Source of the DNA: an uncultured Bdellovibrionales bacterium
Lineage (GTDB): Bacteria > Myxococcota > XYA12-FULL-58-9 > CAYXVF01
Direction of reading: 5' to 3'
Length of the DNA: 64,000 nt
Assembly (NCBI GenBank): GCA_964468125.1
Contig: CAYXVF010000007.1
Location: 16,531-80,530 of the forward strand
In this document: in pieces, positions 36,424 to 45,172 of the stretch
Position numbering within the stretch: position 1 is the first letter of the stretch
Layout of the letters: each line of letters opens with the position of its first letter
The notes under the pieces: model-generated
Database searches by the model: none
Told to the model about the DNA's origin: nothing
The model's input: the letters and a program-made list of their open reading frames with translations, nothing else
Made by a program: the position numbers and the translations under genes

Positions 36424-37947
36424 TCAACGCTCAGCCGCCGGAGAGGGCCGTTTGCGTGACCTCGGACGTTTTCGGCTGCCATGGCGCTGATAGACCTCCG
36501 CGGCCTCCTTTTTTGCCTCCTCACGGCGTCGGACCGCAAAAATCCGCTCCCGAGCCGTCTTGTAGGCTCTCTTGTGGTCCACGACCGGCGCCGGATAGTC
36601 GCGGCCGATCACACAGCCGCTCGTCCGCTGCAGCAGGGGCGGCATGCGGTGGGGCTCGGGCAGGTGGGCGTCGTCCACCCCTTCGAGCTCCGGGACCCAA
36701 CGCCGAATGAACACGCCGCGCGGATCCTGGTCCTGCGCCTGCTTGGCCGGAGAGTAGACCCGGACCGAGTTGATGCCCGTCACCCCGGACTGCATCTGGA
36801 ATTGCGAAAAGTGGATGCCGGGCTCGAAATCGAGAAACTGCGCCGCCAGGTATTGGGCCGGCCGGCGCCAATGAAGCCAGAGATGATAGGAAGAAAAGGA
36901 GACGAGCATCGCGCGCATTCGAAAGTTCAGCCAACCGGTCTCGTGTAGGCAACGCATGCAGGCGTCGACCATCGGGTAGCCGGTCTGGCCGGCACAGAAG
37001 GCCTCAAAGCGCGCTTCGTCGAACTCGTCCTCGCGCAGACCGTCGTAGACCCGCGCCATGTTCCGAAACTCGATCTCCGGCTCGTCCTCGAGCTTCTGAA
37101 TGAAGTGGCAGTGCCAGGAAAGCCGCGAAAAAAACGACGAGAGCGACGGCAGCCAGCGACTGTCGATCTCCATTCCGTCCGCCTTCGCGGCTTTGAGCTC
37201 CGCCTCCCTTTCCTTCGCGCGCTGGTAGACCTCACGAATCGAAAGCGAGCCCCAGGCGAAATGCGGGCTCAGGCGACTGCAGCCATCCCAGCCGGCGACG
37301 GGGGTCGACATGTCGGCTCGGTAGTTGACTCCCCGCTCGGCCAGAAAAGAGTCGAGAAGCAGGAGCCCCGCCTGCGTCCCGCCGGCCTGCACCTGCCCTT
37401 TGCGCGACGGCTCGATGCGGAGCGCGCTCTCGTCGGCTTCGCCCTGCCCCTCGAGCTCCACCCCTTCGAAGTGCTCCGGGACCGGGACACACTCCTTCTC
37501 CATCTGTCGCTTCCACTTTCGCGCCCAGCCGTCGCGTTTTTTGAGTGGACGAAAGACCCCGTGCTGCATCGGTTCCCGCCACTCGATGGCGTTTTCGCGG
37601 CACCACGCAGCAACCCGCAGGTCACGGTCATAGGTCGTGCGATTGCCGGTTTCCTGATGGGACCAGAGCGTTTCGATCGGATGGGCGCGATGGATCTCCG
37701 CCAACAGGTCGGGCATTTCCCCGATCCGCCGGGTCAGACGAGCGCCACGTTGCCGAAGCTCGCCTTCGAGCTCGGCGAGGCACTCGTTGATGAAGCGCAG
37801 GTGCGAGCCGTCCATCTCGGGCGTTTGCCATAGGGAAGGCTCGTAAACGTAGAGGACGATGGTGGGTCCGCGGCGGCTCGCCTCAAAGAGCGGTGCGTGA
37901 TCCCGAAGGCGCAGATCACGCTTAAGCCAGACGAGTTGCGTTCCCAT
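36424..37947 (-). CDS. cryptochrome/DNA-photolyase-family FAD-binding protein
   Basis: N-terminal 'LVWLKRDLRLRDHAPL' is the photolyase alpha/beta domain. 'FEPGIHFSQFQMQSGVTGIN' is the FAD-binding-7 region. C-terminal Cys cluster 'FCAG...DACMRC'. Confidence 0.7.
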   Translation of the reverse strand: MGTQLVWLKRDLRLRDHAPLFEASRRGPTIVLYVYEPSLWQTPEMDGSHLRFINECLAELEGELRQRGARLTRRIGEMPDLLAEIHRAHPIETLWSHQETGNRTTYDRDLRVAAWCRENAIEWREPMQHGVFRPLKKRDGWARKWKRQMEKECVPVPEHFEGVELEGQGEADESALRIEPSRKGQVQAGGTQAGLLLLDSFLAERGVNYRADMSTPVAGWDGCSRLSPHFAWGSLSIREVYQRAKEREAELKAAKADGMEIDSRWLPSLSSFFSRLSWHCHFIQKLEDEPEIEFRNMARVYDGLREDEFDEARFEAFCAGQTGYPMVDACMRCLHETGWLNFRMRAMLVSFSSYHLWLHWRRPAQYLAAQFLDFEPGIHFSQFQMQSGVTGINSVRVYSPAKQAQDQDPRGVFIRRWVPELEGVDDAHLPEPHRMPPLLQRTSGCVIGRDYPAPVVDHKRAYKTARERIFAVRRREEAKKEAAEVYQRHGSRKRPRSRKRPSPAAER

Positions 37948-37989
37948 GGCGCCTTAGGTGCTCATGCCCCGTCGGCGATTCAAGTCGGT

Positions 37990-38511
37990 TTAGAGCTCCC
38001 GCAGATTCTCACGATAGAGACGCCCGGCCTTGCGGTAGTGCTCGGTTCCCTGGGCGATCCGTTCTCGCTCCGCCGCGCTGGTCTCGCGGATCACCTTTCC
38101 TGGCACTCCGAGCACGAGGGAGTTGTCCGGGATCACCTTGCCCTCGGAAACGAGTGCGTTCGCTCCGATGATGCAGCCAGATCCGATTCGCGCGCCGTTC
38201 AAGATCGTCGCCCCGATCCCGACCATCGACCCCGCCCCAATGCGGCAGCCATGAACCATCGCGAGATGCCCCACGGTGACGTCGCGTTCGAGCACGCAGG
38301 GAAAACCCGCATCCGCGTGCAACACCGCTCCATCCTGAATGTTCGATCCCTCGCCGACGACGATCTCCTCGACGTCCCCTCGAACGACCGCCGAAAACCA
38401 AACGGACGCCTGGTGTCCGAGTCGAACGCGTCCGACGACCGTAGCGCTCGGCGCGACGTACCACTCGGCGCTGTCAAAGTGCGGCCTAGGCTCGCCGAGT
38501 GCGTAGATCAT
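37990..38511 (-). CDS. gamma-class carbonic anhydrase family (left-handed beta-helix, YrdA/PaaY-like)
   Basis: Hexapeptide repeats 'IGAGSMVGIGATILNGARIGSGCIIGANALV', His ligands 'VLHAD...GHLAMVHGC'. ATGA overlap with acsA. Confidence 0.8.
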   Translation of the reverse strand: MIYALGEPRPHFDSAEWYVAPSATVVGRVRLGHQASVWFSAVVRGDVEEIVVGEGSNIQDGAVLHADAGFPCVLERDVTVGHLAMVHGCRIGAGSMVGIGATILNGARIGSGCIIGANALVSEGKVIPDNSLVLGVPGKVIRETSAAERERIAQGTEHYRKAGRLYRENLREL

Positions 38512-40460
38512 GGTTTCGCCCCCGCGAGCGCGAAGAAGGGCTCGAGGGCACTCGGGTCGCTCACTGTGTCCATGTTCACTGCGCCCTCCACCGGAACTCC
38601 ATTCAAGAGCTTCTTGATCGGCACTTCCATCTTCTTGCCATTGAGGGTCCGCGGCACGACGTCGATGGCCCGCAGCTCATCCGGGACGTGACGCGGCGAG
38701 AGCTCGGAGCGAATTAGGCTCGCGATTCGTTTGCCGAGCGCCTCGTCGAGGGTCGCACCTTCCGCCAAGACCACGAAAAGCCACATCGTGCCTTCGGTCT
38801 CGAGGGAGCTCGTATCCACCACCAGGCTGTCCGCAACCTCCGGGAGGCTCTCCACCACCCGGTAGAACTCGCTCGTTCCCATTCGCACTCCGCCGCGGTT
38901 GAGAGTGGAGTCGGAGCGACCGTAGATGACGTAGGTGCCTCGCTCCGTGTGCTTCACCCAATCGCCGTGACGCCAAACCCCGGGGAACGTCGCGAAGTAG
39001 CTCTCGCGCAGGAGCGAGCCGTCTTCGTCGCCCCAGAAGAAGACCGGCATCGACGGCATCGGCTTGGCGATCACGAGCTCGCCCACCTCACCCCGGACCG
39101 GTTCCCCCGCCTCGCTCCAGGACTGGACATCGCAGCCGAGCTCCGCGCACTGGATTTCTCCGGCGTGCACGGGCAGCCATGGGCAGCAGCCGACGAAGGC
39201 GGTGCACACGTCGCTCCCGCCGCTCACGGACCCCAGGATGAGATCGGTGCTCACGTTGTCGTAGACCCACGCGAAGCCGCCAGCCGGCAGGGGCGCCCCC
39301 GTGGAGCCAAGCGCCCGCAGCTTCGAGAGGTCGTGGTGGGCCCGAGGGGAGTAGCCCTGCTTCTCGAGCGCCAGGAGAAAAGGCGCGCTCGTGCCAAAGA
39401 AATCGAGCTCGAGCTCTTCGGCCATGCGCCAAAGGCCGCCGAGATCCGGATGGCCGGGGCTTCCGTCGTAGACGACGACGGTGACCCCCAGGAGCAATCC
39501 GCCGATCAGGAAGTTCCACATCATCCAGCCGGTCGTCGTGAACCAGAAGAAGCGGTCACCTTCTCCGAGGTCGCAATGGAGCGCCAACGTCTTCAGGTGT
39601 TCGAGCACGATCCCGCCGTGACCCTGCGTGATCGCCTTCGGAAGACCGGTGGTTCCGGACGAGTAGAGGATCCACAGGGGGTGCTCAAAGGGCACGCGCT
39701 CGAACTGGATCTCCTTGGCGTTCCGGTCGATGAAATCCGACCATGCGGTCGTGCCGTTCAGTGGCGTCGACCCGGGCAAGAGCACGGTCGCTTCGAGCGA
39801 GTCGAGCCCATTCATGATCTCGGCCACTTCCTTTTGACGATCGTAGGTCTTTCCGCCGTAGACGTAGCGGTCGACGGTGAAGAGCACCTTCGGCTGAATC
39901 TGCCCGAAACGGTCGAGCACGCTCCCGACGCCGAACTCAGGGGCACAGCTCGACCAGGTCGCACCGAGGGAGGCACTCGCGAGAAACGCGACGAGCGCCT
40001 CCACGCCGTTGGTCACGTAGGCGACCACCCGGTCTCCTCGTCCAACGCCGAGCTTTCGCAAGCCCGCGGCAGCCTGGGCGGTCATTCGGTAGAGCTCGTC
40101 CCGGGTGAGCTTGCGCTCTTCGCCCGCCTCATTGCGCGCGATCACGGCGATGGCGTCACCACGGTAGCGAAGCGCATTCTCGGCGTAGTTCAGACGCAGA
40201 TTCGGAAACCACTCGGGTCCCGGCATCGTCTCGCGGCCGAGCACCGGCTCGGGCTCGCCCTCGCCAAGAACGTCGAACCAGTCGTGAATGGCGCGCCAGA
40301 AGCGGCTGACGTCCGCAACGCTCCAGGCGTGAAGCGCCGTATAGCCGGCGCCACTCGGAGCGCCGCAGTGCTCGCTCGCCCATTCGGCGAAGGCGGTGAG
40401 GCGCGTCTTCGCGATGCGCTCGGGGGAGGGTCTAAAGAGCTCGGTGCCTTCCGCAGTCAT
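38508..40460 (-). CDS. acetoacetyl-CoA synthetase (acetoacetate-CoA ligase)
   Basis: 650 aa. AMP-binding 'LYSSGTTGLPKAI' and 'GWMMWNF'. The N-terminal 'HAWSVADVSRFW' is typical of AcsA-type acetoacetyl-CoA synthetases. Confidence 0.8.
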   Translation of the reverse strand: MTAEGTELFRPSPERIAKTRLTAFAEWASEHCGAPSGAGYTALHAWSVADVSRFWRAIHDWFDVLGEGEPEPVLGRETMPGPEWFPNLRLNYAENALRYRGDAIAVIARNEAGEERKLTRDELYRMTAQAAAGLRKLGVGRGDRVVAYVTNGVEALVAFLASASLGATWSSCAPEFGVGSVLDRFGQIQPKVLFTVDRYVYGGKTYDRQKEVAEIMNGLDSLEATVLLPGSTPLNGTTAWSDFIDRNAKEIQFERVPFEHPLWILYSSGTTGLPKAITQGHGGIVLEHLKTLALHCDLGEGDRFFWFTTTGWMMWNFLIGGLLLGVTVVVYDGSPGHPDLGGLWRMAEELELDFFGTSAPFLLALEKQGYSPRAHHDLSKLRALGSTGAPLPAGGFAWVYDNVSTDLILGSVSGGSDVCTAFVGCCPWLPVHAGEIQCAELGCDVQSWSEAGEPVRGEVGELVIAKPMPSMPVFFWGDEDGSLLRESYFATFPGVWRHGDWVKHTERGTYVIYGRSDSTLNRGGVRMGTSEFYRVVESLPEVADSLVVDTSSLETEGTMWLFVVLAEGATLDEALGKRIASLIRSELSPRHVPDELRAIDVVPRTLNGKKMEVPIKKLLNGVPVEGAVNMDTVSDPSALEPFFALAGAKP

Positions 40461-40527
40461 GGCGGTCAGCTATCGAAAAAGCGCCGGCTGGTCCAACGGG
40501 CACCGAGGCCAAAAATGCCGCGACGAC

Positions 40528-40983
40528 CTACTCGATGACGAGCGTTTCGGCGAGCTGCTCGCCGGTCTCGTCACCGCGCGGCGCGCGATATTCGTTCGAA
40601 TGCTTCACGAGCACCCGGTCCGCATTGAAGGTCTCGCCATCGTAGCGCCCCTCCACGACGACCCCGATCCCCTCGCGGAACATCTGCGGCGGTGCGCCGG
40701 TCGCATTTACGGCAACCGTGGCCCCACCCTCTTCAGGCATGATCCCCACCGCAAAGCGCAGGTCGAGGCTCTTCTCGTCGAACTTCACCGAGCCGTTCTT
40801 CACGACCCCGCCGAGACGCACCGGTTTGCCGACCCCGTCGTCACCTTTGGCGAGCAGCTCCTGCGGTTCCCAGTAGTAAACGAGGTTCTCGCCAATGTCG
40901 CCGAGGGAGATGTAGGCCAGCGCACCGCCGGCGATCAGCATCGCGACCACTGCGGTGATCTGTTTCTTGGCGTTGGGACTCAT
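40528..40983 (-). CDS. ccmE: cytochrome c maturation heme chaperone CcmE
   Basis: N-terminal TM plus 'NLVYYWEPQEL...VRLGGVV' OB-fold and a C-terminal His/Tyr region 'VLVKHSNEYRAP'. Confidence 0.8.
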   Translation of the reverse strand: MSPNAKKQITAVVAMLIAGGALAYISLGDIGENLVYYWEPQELLAKGDDGVGKPVRLGGVVKNGSVKFDEKSLDLRFAVGIMPEEGGATVAVNATGAPPQMFREGIGVVVEGRYDGETFNADRVLVKHSNEYRAPRGDETGEQLAETLVIE

Positions 40984-41147
40984 GAATTGCTCTCCGGATC
41001 AGCAGGGACTTCGCCCTTTTCACGGGTGAAGAGGTAGACGCCGTAGAGCGTTAACCCCAGCCAGGTAATCGCATAAGCCGCGATGACATATTCCCAACCG
41101 CCGATGATCGGCGCGGTGCCCGCGGCAGCAAGGTTGTCCAGGATCAT
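40980..41147 (-). CDS. ccmD: heme exporter protein CcmD
   Basis: 55 aa 'MILDNL...GGWEYVIAAYAITWLGLTLYGVYLF'. ATGA overlap with ccmC. The listed ORF 40980..41369 is an upstream extension. Confidence 0.7.
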   Translation of the reverse strand: MILDNLAAAGTAPIIGGWEYVIAAYAITWLGLTLYGVYLFTREKGEVPADPESNS

Positions 41148-41839
41148 GACGCCACCGCCTCCTCCGTTGCGACGCGCGCCACCGGCGGCGGCGCGAGCGC
41201 TTTGGCTTGGTCGTGTCGAGCGATGCGATAGCGCATGCCGAGGAACCCGAGCCAGAGAAACAGGAACGCGAAGGCGTTCAAGCGCAGCACCCAGGCCATC
41301 GGCGAATCCACCGACTGCGGGTTCGACTGCGCTTGATGAATGCTGTTCCACCACTTGACCGAGAACCAAACGATTGGAACGCCAATGGCGATCAGAATCC
41401 CGACCGCCGCGGACCAGGTCGCGCGTTTATCGGGGTCGTCCACGAACTTACGTAGGGTCAAATAGCCGAGATAGCTCATCCACACGACCGCCATGCTGGT
41501 GAGGCGTGGGTCCCAGGTCCAGTAGGTGCCCCAGGTAGGGCGCGCCCAAATGCTGCCGGTCAAGAGCAGGAGCGTCGCGAGCAAGACCCCGGTCTCCGCC
41601 GAGGCCTCGGCGAGCGCATCGGCTTTGAGGCTCGAGCTGAACAGAAACGCGACGCAGCAGCCAGCGTTCAGCGTGAACGCGAGCAGAGAGATCCATCCGG
41701 CGGGCACGTGGGTGTAGAGAATGCGGTACACGTCGCCCATCATCGAATCGCGCGGCGCGAGCACCAGGCCCGAATAGGCTCCCGTGACGAGGAGCAGCAC
41801 CCCGAATGCGACGAGCGCGACATCAATCTTCTTCCCCAT
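41144..41839 (-). CDS. ccmC: heme exporter protein CcmC
   Basis: WWD domain 'VWFSVKWWNSIHQ', 6 TM. Confidence 0.85.
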   Translation of the reverse strand: MGKKIDVALVAFGVLLLVTGAYSGLVLAPRDSMMGDVYRILYTHVPAGWISLLAFTLNAGCCVAFLFSSSLKADALAEASAETGVLLATLLLLTGSIWARPTWGTYWTWDPRLTSMAVVWMSYLGYLTLRKFVDDPDKRATWSAAVGILIAIGVPIVWFSVKWWNSIHQAQSNPQSVDSPMAWVLRLNAFAFLFLWLGFLGMRYRIARHDQAKALAPPPVARVATEEAVAS

Positions 41840-41868
41840 GGCGATCTTCCCTCCCCGTTAGATGCCTT

Positions 41869-42603
41869 TCACTCTTCAATGACGCGCGAGAAGAGCAGGG
41901 TGCACATGATCCAATACAAAACGTTGAATACGAGCAAGAGGGTGGTCCATGACGAAAGTTGGTTCATCGCGTCACCCTCTAAGCACAGCTGCGTCGCGCG
42001 CACGGCCGCGATCAAGCTCGGCACCAGAATCGGAAAGAGCAGAAGAGGCAGCAGAACGTCTCTCGCGCGGATTTGCGAGGCGATCGCCGCATAGAAGGTG
42101 CCCGGCGCCGCGATCGCGAAGCAACCTAAACCCATTACGTAAGCAAGCTGCAGCGGAGAAGCGATGCTCACTCCATAAAGGCCCACGGAAAGCGGCACGA
42201 TGAGCAGGCAGAGCAAGCATAGGAACAACGCGTTGACGAGGGACTTACTCAGAAACAAGCCGCGAGCATCGACGGGCACGAGGCGCAGTCCCTCCATCGC
42301 ATCGTTGTCCGCCTCCACGCGCATCGACTCGCCGAGCGCGAACGTGCTCGCGAGCAACAACGCGAGCCAGAGATAGCCCGGAGCATTTTCGGCCAGCAGC
42401 TTTGGCCGGGGGCCCGCCGCGAAAGAGAAGAGCAGCAGGGTCATGACGGAAAAGAAAATCGTCGCGTTGATGCGAGCGCGACTTCGCCACTCGAGGCGAA
42501 TATCCTTGCCAATCAACGTCAGCATGGATCCGAAGGTTCCAACCGCAGGTTGCGGCTGAACCTCGGGGCGGGCGGGGCTGTCGGTCATGCTGTGCGAGCT
42601 CAT
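41869..42603 (-). CDS. ccmB: heme exporter permease CcmB
   Basis: 6 TM, 'FSFAAGP...' CcmB-type. 4-nt overlap with ccmA. Confidence 0.8.
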   Translation of the reverse strand: MSSHSMTDSPARPEVQPQPAVGTFGSMLTLIGKDIRLEWRSRARINATIFFSVMTLLLFSFAAGPRPKLLAENAPGYLWLALLLASTFALGESMRVEADNDAMEGLRLVPVDARGLFLSKSLVNALFLCLLCLLIVPLSVGLYGVSIASPLQLAYVMGLGCFAIAAPGTFYAAIASQIRARDVLLPLLLFPILVPSLIAAVRATQLCLEGDAMNQLSSWTTLLLVFNVLYWIMCTLLFSRVIEE

Positions 42604-43262
42604 GCCGCTTTCTCCACCGGTCGAATCGGCCCTTTGGGCTGCCCGGTGATCATCTCGAGATGCACGTCTCCGATGCGCTTGCCACGGGGAATGTCGTGGG
42701 TAGAGATGAAGAGGGTCGCCCCTTCCGCTTTGAGCTCGGCGATTACTTCTTCCATCAACGCGACGCCCTCCGGGTCCAACTGTCCAAAGGGCTCATCTAG
42801 GAGCACCAGCTCCGGCCTTGCGATCAGCACTCGCGCGAGCCCCAGGCGGCGCTTCATCCCCGCAGAATAGGTCCGGACCGTGCGTTCGCAGGCTTCGCCA
42901 CTCAGTCCAACGCGTTCGATCGCGTCGCCGATCGTCGATCCGGGTCGCTGCACCAGCCGATGCAGCAGCGCGAGGTTTTCGCGTCCACTCAGATCCGAGT
43001 AGAGGTGGCTGTGGTGCGTGAGCAAACACAATCGCGAACGCACCTCATCGTGCTCACGAATTCCGTCCTTGCCGAAGAGCGTGAGGGAGCCGAGCGTTGG
43101 CCGCAGAGCGGTTGCGAGCACACGCAAGAGCGTCGTCTTGCCCGCCCCATTGGAGCCCGTCAGCAAGACCGTCTTGCCTGCTTCGACCTCAAACGACACG
43201 TGCGAGAGCGCCCAGTGCCGTCCAAAGCGCTTTCCTACGCCTTCGAGTTTGACCCATGACAT
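42600..43262 (-). CDS. ccmA: heme exporter ATP-binding protein CcmA
   Basis: Walker A 'GSNGAGKTT', signature 'YSAGMKRRL', Walker B 'VLLDEP'. Confidence 0.85.
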   Translation of the reverse strand: MSWVKLEGVGKRFGRHWALSHVSFEVEAGKTVLLTGSNGAGKTTLLRVLATALRPTLGSLTLFGKDGIREHDEVRSRLCLLTHHSHLYSDLSGRENLALLHRLVQRPGSTIGDAIERVGLSGEACERTVRTYSAGMKRRLGLARVLIARPELVLLDEPFGQLDPEGVALMEEVIAELKAEGATLFISTHDIPRGKRIGDVHLEMITGQPKGPIRPVEKAA

Positions 43263-43288
43263 CGCGACCCCTTATTAGATATCCCACG

Positions 43289-44992
43289 ATGAACGAAGAG
43301 CAAATCAAGGCGTGGCTTTCGCGGGACCCGGATCATGAAACCCGTGAAGAGGTAAGCGCGCTTCTGGAAAGCGGTGATCACGACGCGCTCGTCGATCGCT
43401 TCCTCGGTCGTCTCGAATTCGGCACTGCCGGCCTGCGCGGAGTGCTCGGCGGCGGTCCCAATCGCATGAATCGCCTGGTCGTGATCGAGAGCTCTCTGGG
43501 CTTTGCACGCTATGTGAAAGACTCGGTCGACGACGCTGCTGAGCGTGGCATTGCGATCGCTTACGATGGACGTAGGAAGTCGGACGTCTTCGCGCGCGAC
43601 GCGGCCGCTGCCTTCGCCCACCACGGCCTCAAGGTGCATCTGTTCTCGCGCATGATGCCGACGCCCGCGGGCGCCTTTGCGGTGAAGCACCTGGGTGCGG
43701 CTGCAGGGGTGATCATCACGGCGAGCCACAATCCCCCCGAATACAATGGCTACAAGGCCTACTGGGAAAACGGTGCCCAGATCATTTCACCGGTAGACAA
43801 AGGCGTCGCCGCGGCCATCGACGAGGTGGCGAAGGCGCCCCTTCCGGAGCTCGACTTCGAGGCGGCGCGCGCAGCCGGCTCGATCGTCGAGATTCCCGAA
43901 TCGGTCATCGAAGCCTATCTCGACGGCGTAGAAGCTCAGCTCATCCATCGCGGCGAAGGGGACCGATCCATTGGCGTCGCGTATACCCCGCTGCACGGCG
44001 TCGGCGCGGAGCTCGTGAAGAAATCCATGGCGCGCGCCGGTTTTGAGCATCTTCGGGTCGTCCCGTCGCAGGAGCAGCCCGACGGTGAGTTCCCGACCGT
44101 TCGCTTCCCCAACCCGGAGGAGCCCGGGGCGATGGACGCAGTGCTGAAACTCGCGCGCGAGATCGACGCAGAGCTCGCTGTCGCCAACGATCCGGACGCG
44201 GATCGCCTCGCAGTCGCCGTCAAGGAGGGCGAAAGCTATCGTATGCTGACCGGCGACGAGATCGGCACGCTCCTCGCACACGATTTGCTCTCTCGCGCCT
44301 CCGACGATGCGGCGGTGGCGACGACCATCGTCTCCTCTTCTTTGCTGCGCTACATGGCGGAGGCGCGCGGCGTCGAGTACTTCGAGACGCTCACTGGCTT
44401 CAAGTGGATCGCAAACGGGAACATCGCGCGTCAGGCGGCGGGAAAACGCTTCCTCTTCGGCTACGAAGAAGCGCTCGGCTACACCATCGGCGACAACGTG
44501 CGCGACAAGGACGGCGTGGTGGCGATGGTCGCGTTCGCGGAGATGGCCGCCGTAGCCAGAAGTGCCGGCCGTAGCGTGCTCGACGACCTCTACGACATCT
44601 ACCGCGAGCACGGGGTCGTGCTCACCAAGCAAAAGAGCCTGAAACTTCCTCCGGGCCCGCCCGTCGGGCGCACGCTGCGCGCGAAGCCACCGGAGACCAT
44701 CGCCGGCCGCGCGGTCACGGCGATGGAAGATCTCGCGAGCTCGACCCGGCGCTTCATGGACGGTCGTGAAGAGTCGATCGACCTGCCGAGCAGTGACGTC
44801 CTGATTTACCGGCTCGAGGGCGACGCGCGCGTGGTGATCCGGCCCTCTGGGACCGAGCCCAAGCTCAAGTGCTACTACCTCGTGCGACGAGCGGTGGGTG
44901 ACGGAGACCCACGCGCCGTGGAGCAGGAAGCGCGCGATGAGCTCGATGCGCTCCTGGATACGCACCAACGAGAGCTCGAGGCCATTCTCTGA
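43289..44992 (+). CDS. phosphoglucomutase/phosphomannomutase (alpha-D-phosphohexomutase family)
   Basis: Active-site 'ITASHNPPEYNGYK', Mg loop 'AYDGRRKSD', sugar-binding 'GYEEALGY'. The ATG at 43289 avoids overlap with the divergent ccmA. The listed ORF starts at 43256. Confidence 0.85.
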   Translation: MNEEQIKAWLSRDPDHETREEVSALLESGDHDALVDRFLGRLEFGTAGLRGVLGGGPNRMNRLVVIESSLGFARYVKDSVDDAAERGIAIAYDGRRKSDVFARDAAAAFAHHGLKVHLFSRMMPTPAGAFAVKHLGAAAGVIITASHNPPEYNGYKAYWENGAQIISPVDKGVAAAIDEVAKAPLPELDFEAARAAGSIVEIPESVIEAYLDGVEAQLIHRGEGDRSIGVAYTPLHGVGAELVKKSMARAGFEHLRVVPSQEQPDGEFPTVRFPNPEEPGAMDAVLKLAREIDAELAVANDPDADRLAVAVKEGESYRMLTGDEIGTLLAHDLLSRASDDAAVATTIVSSSLLRYMAEARGVEYFETLTGFKWIANGNIARQAAGKRFLFGYEEALGYTIGDNVRDKDGVVAMVAFAEMAAVARSAGRSVLDDLYDIYREHGVVLTKQKSLKLPPGPPVGRTLRAKPPETIAGRAVTAMEDLASSTRRFMDGREESIDLPSSDVLIYRLEGDARVVIRPSGTEPKLKCYYLVRRAVGDGDPRAVEQEARDELDALLDTHQRELEAIL

Positions 44993-45172
44993 GCCACCGG
45001 TGTGGCCATACTTCGGCTGTGGTTTCGCCTCTCGGGCTCACCACGATTTGACGGATGCGGGAGCGAGCCATTTCGCATTTCGGGCTTGGCCGTGTCAGTA
45101 TGGACGCGCGGCGGGCCCGCCGCGACGCAAGGATGGGAGCCAGACGCGGGAGGAGCCCGCGGAGGCCTGGAG

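Noticed and set aside
38949-40538. 529-aa + strand ORF
   Set aside because: Antisense to acetoacetyl-CoA synthetase, which has clear AMP-binding motifs.
43787-44968. 393-aa minus-strand ORF
   Set aside because: Antisense to the phosphohexomutase gene with the TASHNP active site.
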